A stretch of 63,754 nucleotides of DNA, counting the filler, from Hyphochytrium catenoides (taxonomy: Eukaryota > Protista > Hyphochytriomycota): assembly GCA_900088475.1 (NCBI GenBank). It is 9 parts of 9 records of this genome, joined end to end, with 100 filler letters (N's around TTAATTAATTAA, not from the genome) between each part and the next. Parts side by side here need not be neighbours in the genome. Positions count along the whole stretch, not along the records: positions 1 to 21,641 come from FLMG01001647.1; positions 21,742 to 27,418 come from FLMG01002179.1; 7 more parts are not named here. One strand, given 5' to 3'. Position numbers and translations under genes: made by a program. Of this stretch, positions 12,087 through 24,700 are shown piece by piece. The notes under the pieces are model-generated. The model was given only the letters and a program-made list of their open reading frames with translations, was not told the DNA's origin and made no database searches. Positions within the stretch are counted from its first letter, which is position 1, and every line of letters begins with the position of its first letter.

Positions 12087-14599
12087 ATGGAGACGGAGGA
12101 GTTCAGACTCTACCTCGAGGAGATCCCGGTGGTGGAAGGGGACGCTGATGGTGTGCACATCATCAGTGAAGGCGGTAAGAACGTTCTCCACCGATCCCTT
12201 GGCCTCTGGAGATTTTGACCGGCCTTACTCGGGGTCCTAGACGATGTGACCGGTGAGGTAGCTACTGGGACAGGAACTGATGAGAATGAGTCCTCGAACG
12301 AAAGGAGCTTAGTCTCTAAGGACCAATCGGTGGCGGCCAATGATTGTCAGGATATAGCGAATCTATTACTATTTGTGCGAACGTGCTCAAAGGACTGCAC
12401 TGAAGGCCCCGCTCCAAGGGGAGGTAGCACGCTGACAAAGGTAGACTGGCCCTGAACATATCAAAAGTCTCCGGCAACTAATCTCTCTTCCTGACCTATA
12501 GATTGGAAGTAAGCTCTATCTCTTCGGAGGTGCTGATCGTACCCAGCGCCATTACAAAGACCTTCATCTTTATGATCTCGGTAAGGATAAGCGGTGCAAA
12601 CTAAGGGTTGACTCTGGCCTACCTGGTACCTTTAAGTTTCGTGATCGTGACTCTGCCGTCTCTAGTTCCACTCGCGCGGTCACTAACATACCGCCTCAAT
12701 TTAGAAAGCAGCACGTGGTCAAAGGTACACGGCAGTTATTGAAGGCAAAGGGGCTAATGTGATCACTTCACCTTATCCCGTGACGTGTCCAAAATAGATA
12801 GAAACACTTGGAGAGGGCCCGGGCGAACGCAGTGGTCATAATGCAGTTGCTATCGGACGGCATATTCTTATCTTTGGTGGCATCAACCACACTGTGGGCG
12901 AGATCTACAATGATGTTTTTCTCTTCGACACCGGTACGAACGCTACTCGGCTTTGTGGATGTAGTGCACGGGTGGACGAGCCTGAGAGCCTTAATCACAT
13001 CTCCTGTCCTTCATCTCCCGCGCCTGTCTCCTGCCTGCTCTGGCCCTTTAGATTGTATTGAGTGATTTTCAGATAGACATCTTTTTATTAACCTTGCATC
13101 TCTGTCTCCAGAAACAAAGACGTGGCAAAGAGCTCGAACGCAAGGAGACATCCCTTCCCCTAGGAACGCCAGTGTGGCTCTGTTGGTGCCTTCAAATGAT
13201 ACTAACTGGTCAGTGTGCGGTCTGTTCGCTGATCGTAAATGGTCTACTCTTAGCTGATCCGTGCTACCCGGTAGCGGCGACATTATAGTGTATGGAGGCT
13301 CTTCTCCGGAAACAGGAGCCCTAGGGGACGTCTATTGCTGCCATATAGGTGTGTCTCCTATGTCTCTTCTTCTAAGCCAACTAGCCCGTCCTATATGGCG
13401 GTCATGAGCTTCTCGTGGATTGGACGAGCTGCCATGTCGCCGGTCCTTTTAAGCCTATGATCTGCAATATGGAGTTGACGTTATCTCTTCTTCTCTGCAC
13501 GCCCCAAAGAATGGGAAGAATACCCTTCTGCCCCCTCTGCGACCTGGAGTCAGTTAGTACCGCATTCTTCAGACGCAGCTAAAGAACTGCACTCCGGCGT
13601 TCATGTCGGTCCTAGAATGCGAAGTAGCCTAAACCTACAGGATATTCCAGAGGAAAAGACTCTTCTTCTCTTTTATGGAGGAAGAGACTCCTGTGGAACA
13701 GTCTACTCAGAAATCAGGATATTCTGTGTTGGTAAGGCTGGGAAGTTACAACTCCATCTTGTGCTAGATACGAATCTTTTGCTTTTGATAGAGGGAATTC
13801 CGCCCTTTCCCTTCCCTGCGTCCGTTGAGCCTGCCGTTGGGACCCTATTGCCTTCTAGTAGCAGTTTGTAGCTCATTTCTGTCGCTATTGTGGCAGAGGA
13901 GAGGCGCTGGGTGAAGCATATAAGTACCCAGTTGAGGAGGTGTGGTGGGACCATGATCACCGTGGAAGAGACAGGCGGCTGCCAGCTGGTTTACTTTGGC
14001 GGTTTCGACGGCACGGCTATCCTGGATACCATAGAAGCGCTCCCCCTTGGTTTGTTAGTCCCTCTTTATGATGTCGTGTTCGTGTTAGCACTATGCACTC
14101 ACTTGCCCTTCGCAATATTGTTCTTGAGTGGAACCCTAAACGCAAACGATCCTTCTTACCCCCAGTCCCTACATCGAAGACTCTACCGCCGTCTCGTTCT
14201 CTCTCGTTAAAGGGGTGGAACGACAAAACTGGTTATTTACCGCTTTCCCTGTACGTAGGGATGTCTGCATGGCGGCCAGTTGACTTCATGCCCAAGCTCC
14301 TCAGATGGCCGGGGGCACTTGGCCATGCATCCACCGACTTCATGACTAATCAACGGAAGGTGACATCTGAAGCCCATTTTGCCCATCGATTTAAACCTAA
14401 ATGCATCATCTCTAGCACTCCGAGGCTTTCTACTGTCATTGGCTCTTTCTGTCCCTTGTACCACCTTCTGCACTGATCTTCCTGGTTATATCCCTAATAG
14501 GTCTATCTTTTTGGAGGAGTGAGTGCACCAAAGGATTACGATGATTTATTTGAGTTTAGCATCAGGCGCTCACTTAACAGGGCACCGCGCGCTAGCTAG
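12087..14599 (+). CDS. Kelch-repeat beta-propeller protein (RABEPK/KLHDC-like)
   Basis: Six GG-containing kelch blades across GT-AG exons: KLYLFGGADR, RSGHNAVAIGRHILIFGG, IIVYGGSS, LLFYGGRD, LVYFGGFDG, VYLFGGVS. The ATG at 12087 splices in frame via 12174/12241. Stop at 14597-14599. Confidence 0.85.
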
Positions 14600-14695
14600 A
14601 GGGTGCTGGAGTTAGATAGAAGCACACTCGACCAAGGTTGAAGGAGAAATGTCGAGAATGCCAAACCAAAGAGGAGAAACGCTATATGCTGGTGT

Positions 14696-16733
14696 TTAAC
14701 AGCAACCGGACTGCTGTTGTGGCGGTGGGGCTCTAACTCTTGGGTCTCCAAGACGAATAATTCCATCATCCCTCGGGTTGACAAGAGGAGCTTCTGAGCG
14801 CTGTGCCTCCACTGGGGCGGCAGTCGGAGCGTCAACCTCGCGCTGAATGTCCACCATCTGTGACATGTATAGAAGCACGCCATACATGGAGATGATTATA
14901 TGGACGTAAGAAGAGAGGAAATGTCATGGCATGCTATAAAGTGTATCATCTTTATGCGTCGCGCACCTTCCTAATGAGCTCATTCATGGCTGGTTCAATG
15001 TTATGATCCTCCTTTGCAGACGTTAGGAACCAACCTGAGTACAATAAATTAGTTCCGTGGCACATGAGATAAGCCTTATCCTTCTCTTGTGTAACAATCA
15101 GCCAGAGATCCTCGATTCCTGACTTCCTTGCTCCACACGCACTCAACGTAATAACTAGCCTTTGGCCTCCTGCTTCTCTGTGGCTTACCGGCAAATTTGC
15201 ACTTATCCACCGTGGCCTGGAGCTTGGCACCAATCTTCAATGCCTCCACTGGGTCGGGAAGAAGGTCCACCTTATTCACAATAAGGATCGTAGGGATAGG
15301 CTTGTCTGCATATTTAACGCTCTGATCGATCTCAGCCTTCCACTCTTGTACCGACTCAAAGGTACCTTCACTGAACATAAGGCGATGGTGAGACGCAGGT
15401 ACGAGAAATAGACCAGATACAAGGGGGAGATTTGAAGGGGATCGATATCACAAGATATACTTTGTAGTATGGGATGGCACACGAGGCATGAAGGAGTGCC
15501 AAGATTCTCTTCCAGCTCTCACCGAGTGATGTCGCACACGACAACCGCTCCTCTGGCCTTGTTGAAGTATGCGCGGGTGAGTTTGGCAAACCGATCCTGT
15601 CCAGCAATATCCCACAGCTGGAGCTTGACCCTGATGAATGTGGATGATGAGACGGTCAATGGGTCCAACATTAGCCTCGTTTCGTCCACTTTGATCGTGA
15701 GATCACCCTAAGCAGTCCAACTGCAAGAACCCATGGTGCAACTAGTCGACTCTAAGCTATGGGTAAGTTGGCTCATGCTTCCCAACCTCTTTCACTTCCT
15801 CTCCCCTGGCTTGACCCTTCTTTGAGTATCCTCCTTTCAAAACTTACCCAGTGCTATCATCCACTTGGACCTTCTTTCTGATAAAGTCCGCGCCAATAGT
15901 TGTATTGTACTGCTCGCTAAACACTCCGTTCGCATAGCGCTGAATGATGCTTGTCTTTCCACATTTGGCATTACCCACGACAAGCACCTTAAGAGTCAAC
16001 TCCTGCTGCGGCTTTTGGAGGCCGCTGGAGACAGAGTTCTTCCTACCAACTGCTCTGCGCGGAGAAGCTAAGGAAGAAGCAAGCGAGCGCGCGGATCAGA
16101 CATTGAATTCTAGCACTGATGGACAATAGGTTCACGAGATAGTTACCTGTCTCCGCGCGGCCAGGCTCAGCTAGTCGCGAAGCCCTTCGATTAGCTCTGG
16201 CGGGAGCACTGGAAATTACCTCTAAGAGAGATGAGAGATCAGGTGATTTTGGACCAAAATGTGCCACTGATAGGCCAACAATGATCAGTTGCTAGTGATA
16301 ACATTAGAGATTTTCACCCACCAGTCGCCTGAGAGTCATCAGAAGGGGTCAGCGCCTTCCTGGTTCCCCAAATGACGTCGGCAGAAGTCTTACGTGGAGT
16401 TGAAGGTGGTCTAATCTCCACGCTTGCCGTTTGTGCTTCACCCGATACACTAGCTGGATGCTCGCAAGCTGGCTCCTGATTAGAGGAGGCAGATTCAGTG
16501 TCGTCCTCTACCGGTTCCGCTTGCATCAGCTGTTTCCTAGCTGAGGGTCCCCTCTTTACTGTTCTAGGAGTTTTGGTCCGTGTCCTTCTGGGCCGACTGG
16601 GGGCCTGTTCCGACTGATTTTCGCCCAGACTCTCCTTTGAACTCGCGTCATGGACCTCAGGACTCTCTTCTGCCATCTCTTTGGTCGAATCCAGCGAGCT
16701 GATGACCGTCGATTCATCCATACTGATCGACAT
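14696..16733 (-). CDS. Rab32/38/29-subfamily small GTPase with long N-terminal extension
   Basis: G1 [21 protein letters not shown]3 WDIAGQDRF (WDIAGQ is typical of Rab32/38/7L1), G4 NKVD, G5 TSAK, and a C-terminal SGCC prenylation motif. Confidence 0.88.
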
Positions 16734-17646
16734 CTTTATCTAACTGGCCTTCTCAAGAACTAGATATGGAGCAGAGACGATGACAATGCCAGAATGACTT
16801 ATTGGGCTCGTCGGATCTTCTGCAGTGAAAAACCCGTTGAAGAAGTTCCAGGGTTACTGGCCCTCAAGACAGAGACCCTGGCTGGTCCTTTTGAAGGAAA
16901 TAATGAAAGGAAAGCAGCGCTAACAAACACTGCGGAAAACAGAGCAAGGCGGACAGTAAAGCAGCGCTGTGGTTGGGCCCTCTGTGCCAACCCAGCTTCT
17001 GTTCCTGCCAAGCACAACTCAGTCCCAGGCTCTATCTTCCGCCTTACTCTGCAGATGTTCTGTCTTCTTGCAAATCTACTCTCAGTCTTTACCCTCACAA
17101 GCTTCCTTCCTCCATGTAACTAACTGGTGATAGGATTCCCTGGACGGCTGATTCCTGGCCTGGGGAAGACACGATTGCTGTTCGTTCCCTAAGGGTAAAA
17201 CCCTAGGCTTATTATTATCTAAGGCTTATCATCAGTGAGCTGTTAAACTCTGTAACGGATCTGTGAGGAAGGGGGTGATGGATAGATTCCCAAACTTCCA
17301 CCAGCGAGGAAAGGTTTCAGCTTCAGTCGTTGTAGGGATTCTGATTGACAGAAGGAGAAAGATTCAAAGGCGGCTGTAGATTTCCAGTAAGATTTCACTG
17401 TGTGCAGGATTGTTGGTGCGTCATGTCCAAGCTTTCCGAGAGGATGAGTTCACAGATGTGATAAGGACAGGCAAGCGCGGCAAGGCAGAGGATGAGAGAG
17501 AGGCGGTTTGATAATCATTGAGAAGGAGGCATCTACAGATTCGTCCGGGCAATCTCCATATCTCCATCTCCAGGCACCCTGTCAAGCTTACGATAATCTC
17601 CTAAAGTAGAGGTACCAATAGCAGTAGTATGACTCCTATAGTGAGT

Positions 17647-17699
17647 AGTAGAGGTTCCCGATCAGTCGTGGTGAGTAGAGGTTCCCGATCAGTCGTGGT
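17647..17699. repeat. 27-bp-period tandem duplication
   Basis: AGTAGAGGTTCCCGATCAGTCGTGGT at 17647-17672 and 17674-17699. Confidence 0.9.
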
Positions 17700-17769
17700 T
17701 GGGAAAGTGACCCGCGTCAGTTCTAGGCTCGTTCACAGTGGAGAAGGGAACCATCATAGTGGATATAAA

Positions 17770-19239
17770 TCACTGAGCCAGTCGATTTCTTATCTCAGTT
17801 GAAGAAATATCCATTCTAAACTCTGCCTCTTCTATCCCAATAAACATTGGTCGCACCTCCTCAGGAACAAGGTCCTCTATAGTTTTCCATGTCAGGAAGG
17901 CGTCCTTTACCATTCTGCCGGCCACAATGAAACTACATCCACTCTGCTGCATCTCTAAAATCGCCATAAGCATTCTCTCCCTGGAGTTCGCATAGTACTT
18001 GGGATCGACTAGCCTTACTGCAGTATCAGCTCCAATGACGAATGCACAGCCCTTGAAGAGCTTCGCTTTCTCAAGAAAGCGTGGCTGATTTGATATGATC
18101 ACTGGCCAAGGTCCCATTTTTACTCTATCCGTATCCGAGAATTGAGCGATGCGCCGTTTGGCTTCATCTTCGCTAATGGGTGCCTTGTCAGCGTTAGTGA
18201 CGGCAAGTTCAAAGGCGAGAAACGGATCTTCAGTCAGCTGTCGGACTTCTTTGAACTTCTTGATAGCCAAGAGGGCGAGAGCTTCATGACCTTCAAAAGC
18301 ACACCTTCTCAGTGTGGTCCCAGCAAGGTCTAATTTACGACTTACCTTCGTGTACAGGGTTGAAGGATCCAGGAAAGACAATGCCACGGAATGGGAAATC
18401 ACAGATAGCTCTTCCACTAGACTCTCCTCCCGGGTAAACTGCGTAGCCCACTTCACCTCCAACTACTCTACGAAGACAGTCTCCATCCTGGCCCAAGTCA
18501 GTGACCTCGATCTTATCCCCCGGTTTATCTAGCAGCTCCAGTCCAAATTGTGAGGGTATCTCAAGGTGACAGGCATCAAACAAGGCGCGAAGGATAAGGA
18601 TACCCAGCAGATCATCCTCCTCTGCATGACACACACAAATCGGTATTAGAGCAAAAAGCATGGGACAAACGGCCAATGGAAGTAGAGAGTGAGACTCTTC
18701 GACGGCCCCACAGCCGGGGTATTTTCCGGGTGTAAATGTCACTTCCTTTGATGCACACACAATTAACAAGGAAACTAACCTTCGCGAGTCCGCGTTCCTT
18801 TGTCAAGAAGAACTGAGAAGAGCTTCGACCCCGTCGCGGAATATGTTGCTAGATAAGCTCGATGCTCTCCCCGTTTAGGAACAGCCGAGCGGATGGAGGC
18901 AGTGCACCCCAGACCTAGGTGGAAAGCCTTCAGATTGGCGCTTATTAATTCCCGAGATGAGATGTTCGGATTGTTGACACGAAGAGCACGAAGATAGCTA
19001 CAGCGTGCCATATCTATGGCCGTAGAGGCCGAGCAAAACTTTTCTGGCTCTTTGCCAATGAATTCTGTGAGGCTAGTTTGGGCGTATGGCACGCCAAGCT
19101 CTAGTATAACATTTGAGGCATTTGGCACCTTCAGAAGCCAGCTCAGTGCACTCCCTCCACCCCCTGTAACATTGAGCACAACTTTGGGGGCTGGCTTGAT
19201 GGCGTACAAAGAGGCAATGAGGGAGGCAGCTGGGACCAT
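17770..19239 (-). CDS. CinA-C-like domain fused to a nucleotidyltransferase (NMNAT/cytidylyltransferase-like) domain
   Basis: N-terminal VTGGGGSALSWLLKVPNAS...VPYA...GLGCTA...KRGEHR. C-terminal FPGSFNPVHEG(H) HxGH motif, FELAVTNADK, FVIGADTAVRLVDPKYY and DISSTEIR. Confidence 0.85.
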
Positions 19240-20177
19240 GATGCAAGCCGACCAAGAAGGATTCTTGCTATGGCGTCTCAAGTACCTGGCAATAATTTTA
19301 TCCCTGCTGACCTGTCGCAGGTTGAGGCGAGTGAAGAAGAGCTACTCTTGATTGTCCAGGCCCAGGATCACGGAATCTATCGAGCTCGCTTCGAATGTAA
19401 GGTGGTAGGAACTGGAGGAACGGCTCCTCACCGCTTCTTCGGATCAAAAGCAAAGGGCAAAAACGGATTGCTTGAGCTGCCGAAGCTGCTAACGCTAAGG
19501 AGGATATCATGGATGATTATTGCTAAAATAAACTGGTTCCTCACCTCACCGTCGTCTTCGCTCTCGACTGTCACTTTCTATTGATGATTATTACGCTCTT
19601 GGTATCCAAGCCCCTTACTATCCCTTCACAGTCCTTCATGCCCTAAGGTCGTTCCTCTTGAGAACTTTGCTGCTTCTGCGTATAATAAGCCGCTTATTAT
19701 CTACACTCAAGAACCCGATAATCTATGAGAGCAGTGATGCTTCGAGACTAATGCATAAGGAATATGAAGATACCGACGACCAATGCAATATCTCTTCTTC
19801 CTGCTGTCTCCTTTTGCTGTGGCTCATAGAGTCAAAGTGATCAAGACCAGTAACAAGAATAATCTTCATCACACCGAAAGCCTGCCTCCTCAAGGGCAGA
19901 CAGACACAATTGAAGAAGGATGTCCTTAGTAGCTTGCCTAGATAACCGCGATCAACTCAGCACAAGGAGGAGGAAGAAGTGATAAAAAATCTCAGAACAG
20001 TTAAGTCTGCTTGGGAAGAGAGAAGCAGCACGGGAGTAATGAGGCCTTATCACTAAAGTTAGTAGCATATTCTCGCTCAGACACCGCAAGTCATTTAATA
20101 GACGTCCACGTCTGGTTAAAAGCCTGAGACATAAGTGCCACCAAAATGAGATGGGACATGACTGTCGGTGAGGCTCA

Positions 20178-20477
20178 TCACCGCCAAAGAGCTTTCTTGG
20201 CGACAACTGCGGCTCCCGCACCGACCGCTGCAACTGCCATAGTGGCTGGGCCTCCCAGCCCGGCTGCACCAATGCTCTGCAAAATCGCGACGGTGGAGGT
20301 AGAGGCGACGCCACCCCCGCTGGCAATGGCGGTTGCCGACATCATGGATGCAGCTGCCGAGTTTGCCGCTATTCCAGCAGCAGTAAAGCCAATGGCTTTG
20401 ATGCCTCCTAAAATGGCCATGGGCGCAGCGACTGCTCCACTTGTGGCGGTCGCAGCTGTCATCCAGCTTGGAGCCAT
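20178..20477 (-). CDS. IFI27/ISG12 (Ifi-6-16 family) small hydrophobic membrane protein, 99 aa, intronless
   Basis: AIGFTAAGIAANSAAASMMSATAIASGGGVASTSTVAILQSIGAAGL reproduces the ISG12 motif (GFT..GIA..S.AA.MMS..AIA.GGGV...S.VA.LQS.GA.GL). Confidence 0.88.
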   Translation of the reverse strand: MAPSWMTAATATSGAVAAPMAILGGIKAIGFTAAGIAANSAAASMMSATAIASGGGVASTSTVAILQSIGAAGLGGPATMAVAAVGAGAAVVAKKALWR

Positions 20478-21369
20478 CTCGTTTTAGTACTTGAGATTCT
20501 GTCAGAGATAGTAGAGTGCTCGTCGTCTCCGAGTGAACGGGGTGCGCGCACCTAGAGGTTGTAGATTAGGAGGACATGCTGGCTAAATTGTAGAAAGTGC
20601 TCCAACACTACTACTACTTAGTACAATTTACCTTGCTGCTTGGTCTTCAGCGCGACAGACCCACGCTTATCAACAATGATCAAGAACGAAGTGCCTAGGA
20701 TGCCTGGAGGACAGCTATCTGCTGCGTGCTGGAGCAACGAAGGCTAAACAGATCTGATGACTACAACGTTTAGTGAACTTGAGACAGGCGCCTTTACATA
20801 GAACTTAGTCTGTCAGTGTACTCTGTCTACTCATCCTCTACTCCCAAGGATTGCGTGGGTGATGAGAGTGAACCCTTGAAAGTGTATGTTACAGCAGCGT
20901 CGGACAATGAGAGCCGGCGCCGGCTATCAAACTTCCCTGTCACAGGTAGCCGCACATGTACATTGAGCAGAAGGCACCGAGCGGCTAACGCCCGTCCCTA
21001 CTTCTTAGAGTCTCCTCGTGGAACTTTCATAGGGACGGCGGCGCACACACAAGACTCGCGCGAAGGCAATGAATGAAGAGCTTTCTGATGATTTGTAGAC
21101 CTTCAAAACCTATGTGAGACTCTTGAGATAGAGCACCAGCTTGATGTCTCGCTTGACTCTTGACAGCCTTTCTTATAGAACTAGAATGTATGACGCTATA
21201 TTCGCTAAGCTGGTAGCCCTTCTACCTCGTGCGACATATTATAACCAGCGAGTCTAGGGAGGCTGAGTCGCTGTGCCCTCGCCAAAGATGTTTTTCAGAA
21301 TGGGACACCGACTGTAGGTTAAGCACCACTGGAGTCCCGCTTACGGGAGCGGTTGGCCGGGCAAACATA

Positions 21370-21641
21370 ATGGGGCCCGCGGCGGGATGGAAGGAAAAAG
21401 ATGCTCTATCCAGCACGGAAGAGGTCGGCAGCTTCATCACTTCATTTCTTGATGATAACTTCAAAAGCGCTGTTCTGTTAGAGGCAGCCGCCACGTCCGA
21501 TGCTGCTAAAGACAGTGAGCACAGCAGACTACAACTCGGTTCCCACATTGCAAAAGTCAAGGACCACGTAGCAATGGAACTTGCCAGCCTTCGGACTCAG
21601 GCCGCAGAGCTACAGCAGTCACGGCCGGCATACTTGAAACA
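21370..21641 (+). CDS. Partial hypothetical helical protein, weakly RINT1/TIP20-like N-terminus, cut by the contig end
   Basis: Open frame MGPAAGWK...SFITSFLDDNFKSAVLLE followed by coiled-coil-like sequence up to the gap. Confidence 0.35.
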
Positions 21642-21741
21642 NNNNNNNNNNNNNNNNNNNNNNNNNNNNNNNNNNNNNNNNNNNNTTAATTAATTAANNN
21701 NNNNNNNNNNNNNNNNNNNNNNNNNNNNNNNNNNNNNNNNN
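21642..21741. other. Artificial contig linker (N44-TTAATTAATTAA-N44). Also at 27419-27518, 51174-51273, 52445-52544, 55119-55218, 56382-56481, 58665-58764, 59941-60040
   Basis: An identical six-frame-stop spacer occurs eight times, each centred in a run of Ns. Confidence 0.98.
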
Positions 21742-24700
21742 CTGCATGACGACGTAAGATAAGGGTAGACAGAGAGCTAATCGCAAAAAGGCGATAGCTT
21801 ATGGCCGACAGAGCACGATAGGGTAAGAGGAAGAGGGTTGGGACATCGCAAGATAAGAACTTAGCCTGAAGAAGCCTAGAGCGTGATCATTCCACGGTTG
21901 ACTGACAAAGAGATGAAACAAATATGAGGGGGGTTGACAAGGAGAAGAGACTGGGAATGACGATCAGCAAACGTCATGTGACCCCTAAAGTTTACTTCCA
22001 TTTCTCACCTCAAAGAACTGAGGGCTGTTTTGCTTTAGGATCTCTTTGGGCGGAAGAATAACTGTGATGTTCCAAGAGCCACTGAACGACGATGATGAAG
22101 AGGAAGACGGCGGAGGGAAGAACGTATTAACTGCCCTTTGTAGGTCCAGATAATCCGGATCCAGATATGCAAGGAGAGAGAACAGCGCATAATCCATAAG
22201 AGGAAGGCCGAACCACTCATGCATACAGACTGGGTACGTCTGAGAAGAGAGAGGAATGCGCTTGGAGTCTGGCTGGAAACCTGTCCACCTAATAGTGTTC
22301 TCTTCCTGTCCGTCATCTTCTTCGCGTTTCTTCTGCTCTCTCTCCGCCTTCCACAACCGAAGCTTCATAAACTTGACGTGCTCAAAGTCAATGAACTGCC
22401 CACCTTCATCCTCCGCCATATGGACGAGGTTGGGGTAGAGGTTCACTTCTCGCTTCAAAGAGCACAGTGGAAGGAGCAATGAAGCAAGCGGTTCGGACAA
22501 CGAGGACAATTGGATGAGTAAGACACATTTGTAGATAGAGAAAAGGCTTTTAGTGGTAGGTAGTGCTGAGCGAGATTTCTAGGAAGCAGATGGATGCTGT
22601 CGAGTTCTGGAATCGGGAGAGGAGACAGGAGAGACTTGGACCACGAAGGGAGTTTGTGAAAAGCTCACCTGCACCCAGTTCGCAAGAGCAAAGAGAAGCG
22701 AAACGATAATCAAGAAGGTGCTAAATGCCGTCGCTCCCCGTGCAAGGCCACGCACTGCACGGTGCGATCTCCACCTCTCTATCCTAAGGTCATCAGTCGA
22801 TAGTGATCTGGTCCTTATGTTACTGTCTTCTGCATCTTTCCCGTCTTTATTGGTGGCTTCTTGAGACATCGCAACTGGGACATGGCGCTGCGTACTATCC
22901 TGGCTATCACTTACCGCCACTCTGTCCTGGTTTACCGGCCTTCTTCTTAGGCCGCTCGAGAGCGAGGAAGATGAAAATGTGCTGGCAATGCTAGAAGGCG
23001 ATGAAGAACCATTCAGAGCGCTCGAAGGATCCTTCTGCTGGCGTGTGGTTCCGTCGCTGCTGCCCGATCCATCTGCTGGACCATCCCTACTCGCATTGCC
23101 TCCGACCTCAGTTATGGTTTCCCCTGTTGAGTCTGTTGTTCCTTCTAATACATGTCCACCGCCACTTGCAGGGGAAGAGGGAGAAGAGGAGATAGTAGCA
23201 AGACGGGACGTAGGACTACCTTCCGATGTTTCCTGCATGAAATGTGCAAGGTCTCTGCCGAAATACTGGATTATCTTGGACATGAAGTGGAAGAAAGCAA
23301 GAAGATAGGAGGAGGGCCCAGATATTCCCGCGTGATTGCAAACTGTGTACGAGAAGAGGAGGCCGATAGGTATAAACCAAAGGAAATGCTTCGTGTCGAT
23401 ACGCAGAAAGGCTCGTGATAGCGCGTAGATAAGGATGTATAGGGACGGCAGAAACAAAGACAGGATTGTCAACTCCTACGGTGGGGAAGGAATATTAGAG
23501 GTTAGTGTGAGAAAAAGGTGATCAAGAGCTACGAGGACTGTGGATGATAAAGGCCCACTAGGGGTTCAAGGGGATGGAAGCGGCTGCAAAGTGAAATAAA
23601 GCCCTAGCTGACAGAGTAACCGCAATAAGTCAGCGTAGATTTACAACGAGGTCAAGAGATCAGATAGAGCTTAAGGAGATGCTGCTGAAGGGAGAATGGA
23701 ACATAGTCGAAAAGCCACCTTTGAGGTGCAACTCTTTTTAAGCAGCAGGCTAACATAAGGACAATGCGGACAGCAGAATTTCCAGAGAGGAAGGAGAACC
23801 CCGCACCTTCGTCGCCACCAAGAAACCGTATCGTGGATGTACGCATCCCCTAAGGTAGAAGGCGAGCAGCATCACGCAGAGGGAAAGCTTCAGTCGCTTG
23901 AACATACGGCGAAGAAAGGCATCCTGCTCCTTGCTGGCAACTTTGTAGTGCCGTTGGGCCGTAAACAGCAGAATGACGAACCTGAGGGACAGAGCAGTGA
24001 GTTTAGCTCAACCAAGAAATAAATGACGGAGGTTGCGTTACACTGACCATAGCTGCCACAAGAATAGTAAGAGTAGCCCTTGCTTCCTAGTTGACAGTAT
24101 GCCATCCTCGTCCTCTTCATAAAACTGCTGGCGAGTCCACTGCCATCCCCAGGCAGAGGAAAGTGTAACTAGCACAACCATCAACAAGCTCACGATCAGG
24201 CAGCGTGGCTGCTGACCTGCTCAATCAAGCCCGGGAAGGACAAAGCATTGTCAATTAGCGAGTACTCACCAGGAGCAACTCGTTGAGTGCCCGAGGGAAC
24301 AACCTAAAGAACAAGTCCAGACCCTTCATTCTCTCTACCTTGTGGTACCTTGGATGTGATGGGCACTTTCCTGAGTTTCTTTCTCTTCTCCCACAACTTC
24401 TCTCGCTCCCCCTCTCTCTCTCTCCTTCTCTCTCTCTCTCTCCGCCCTTCTATTCAAGGCACCTTGGTAAGCCGTAGCCCAGGAGGGGAAGAGGTAGAGG
24501 AGAATTTGCGTCCACTGCACAACAGTGATGATCAGACTGATGGTCATGGCTCGTTGAGAGATGCCATAAATATCGCTGAAGTACTTCAGAACAGACTCTT
24601 CGCACAGCCAACGTAGCTTTTGTTTGGAGGATCCAGGAGAAGGACAAGCCCAGGGCACGAGAAGGAGGGCCGCTGTCAGAGCTACGCAAGGGAGGAGTAG

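Noticed and set aside
11976-12340. Minus-strand ORFs of 71 and 76 aa
   Set aside because: They are antisense shadows of the first kelch exons.
17647-17699. 27-bp repeat as a possible CRISPR array
   Set aside because: Only two adjacent copies, no spacers, no cas genes, and a eukaryotic context.
20146-20487. Ala-rich 113-aa plus-strand ORF
   Set aside because: Antisense shadow of the IFI27-like gene.
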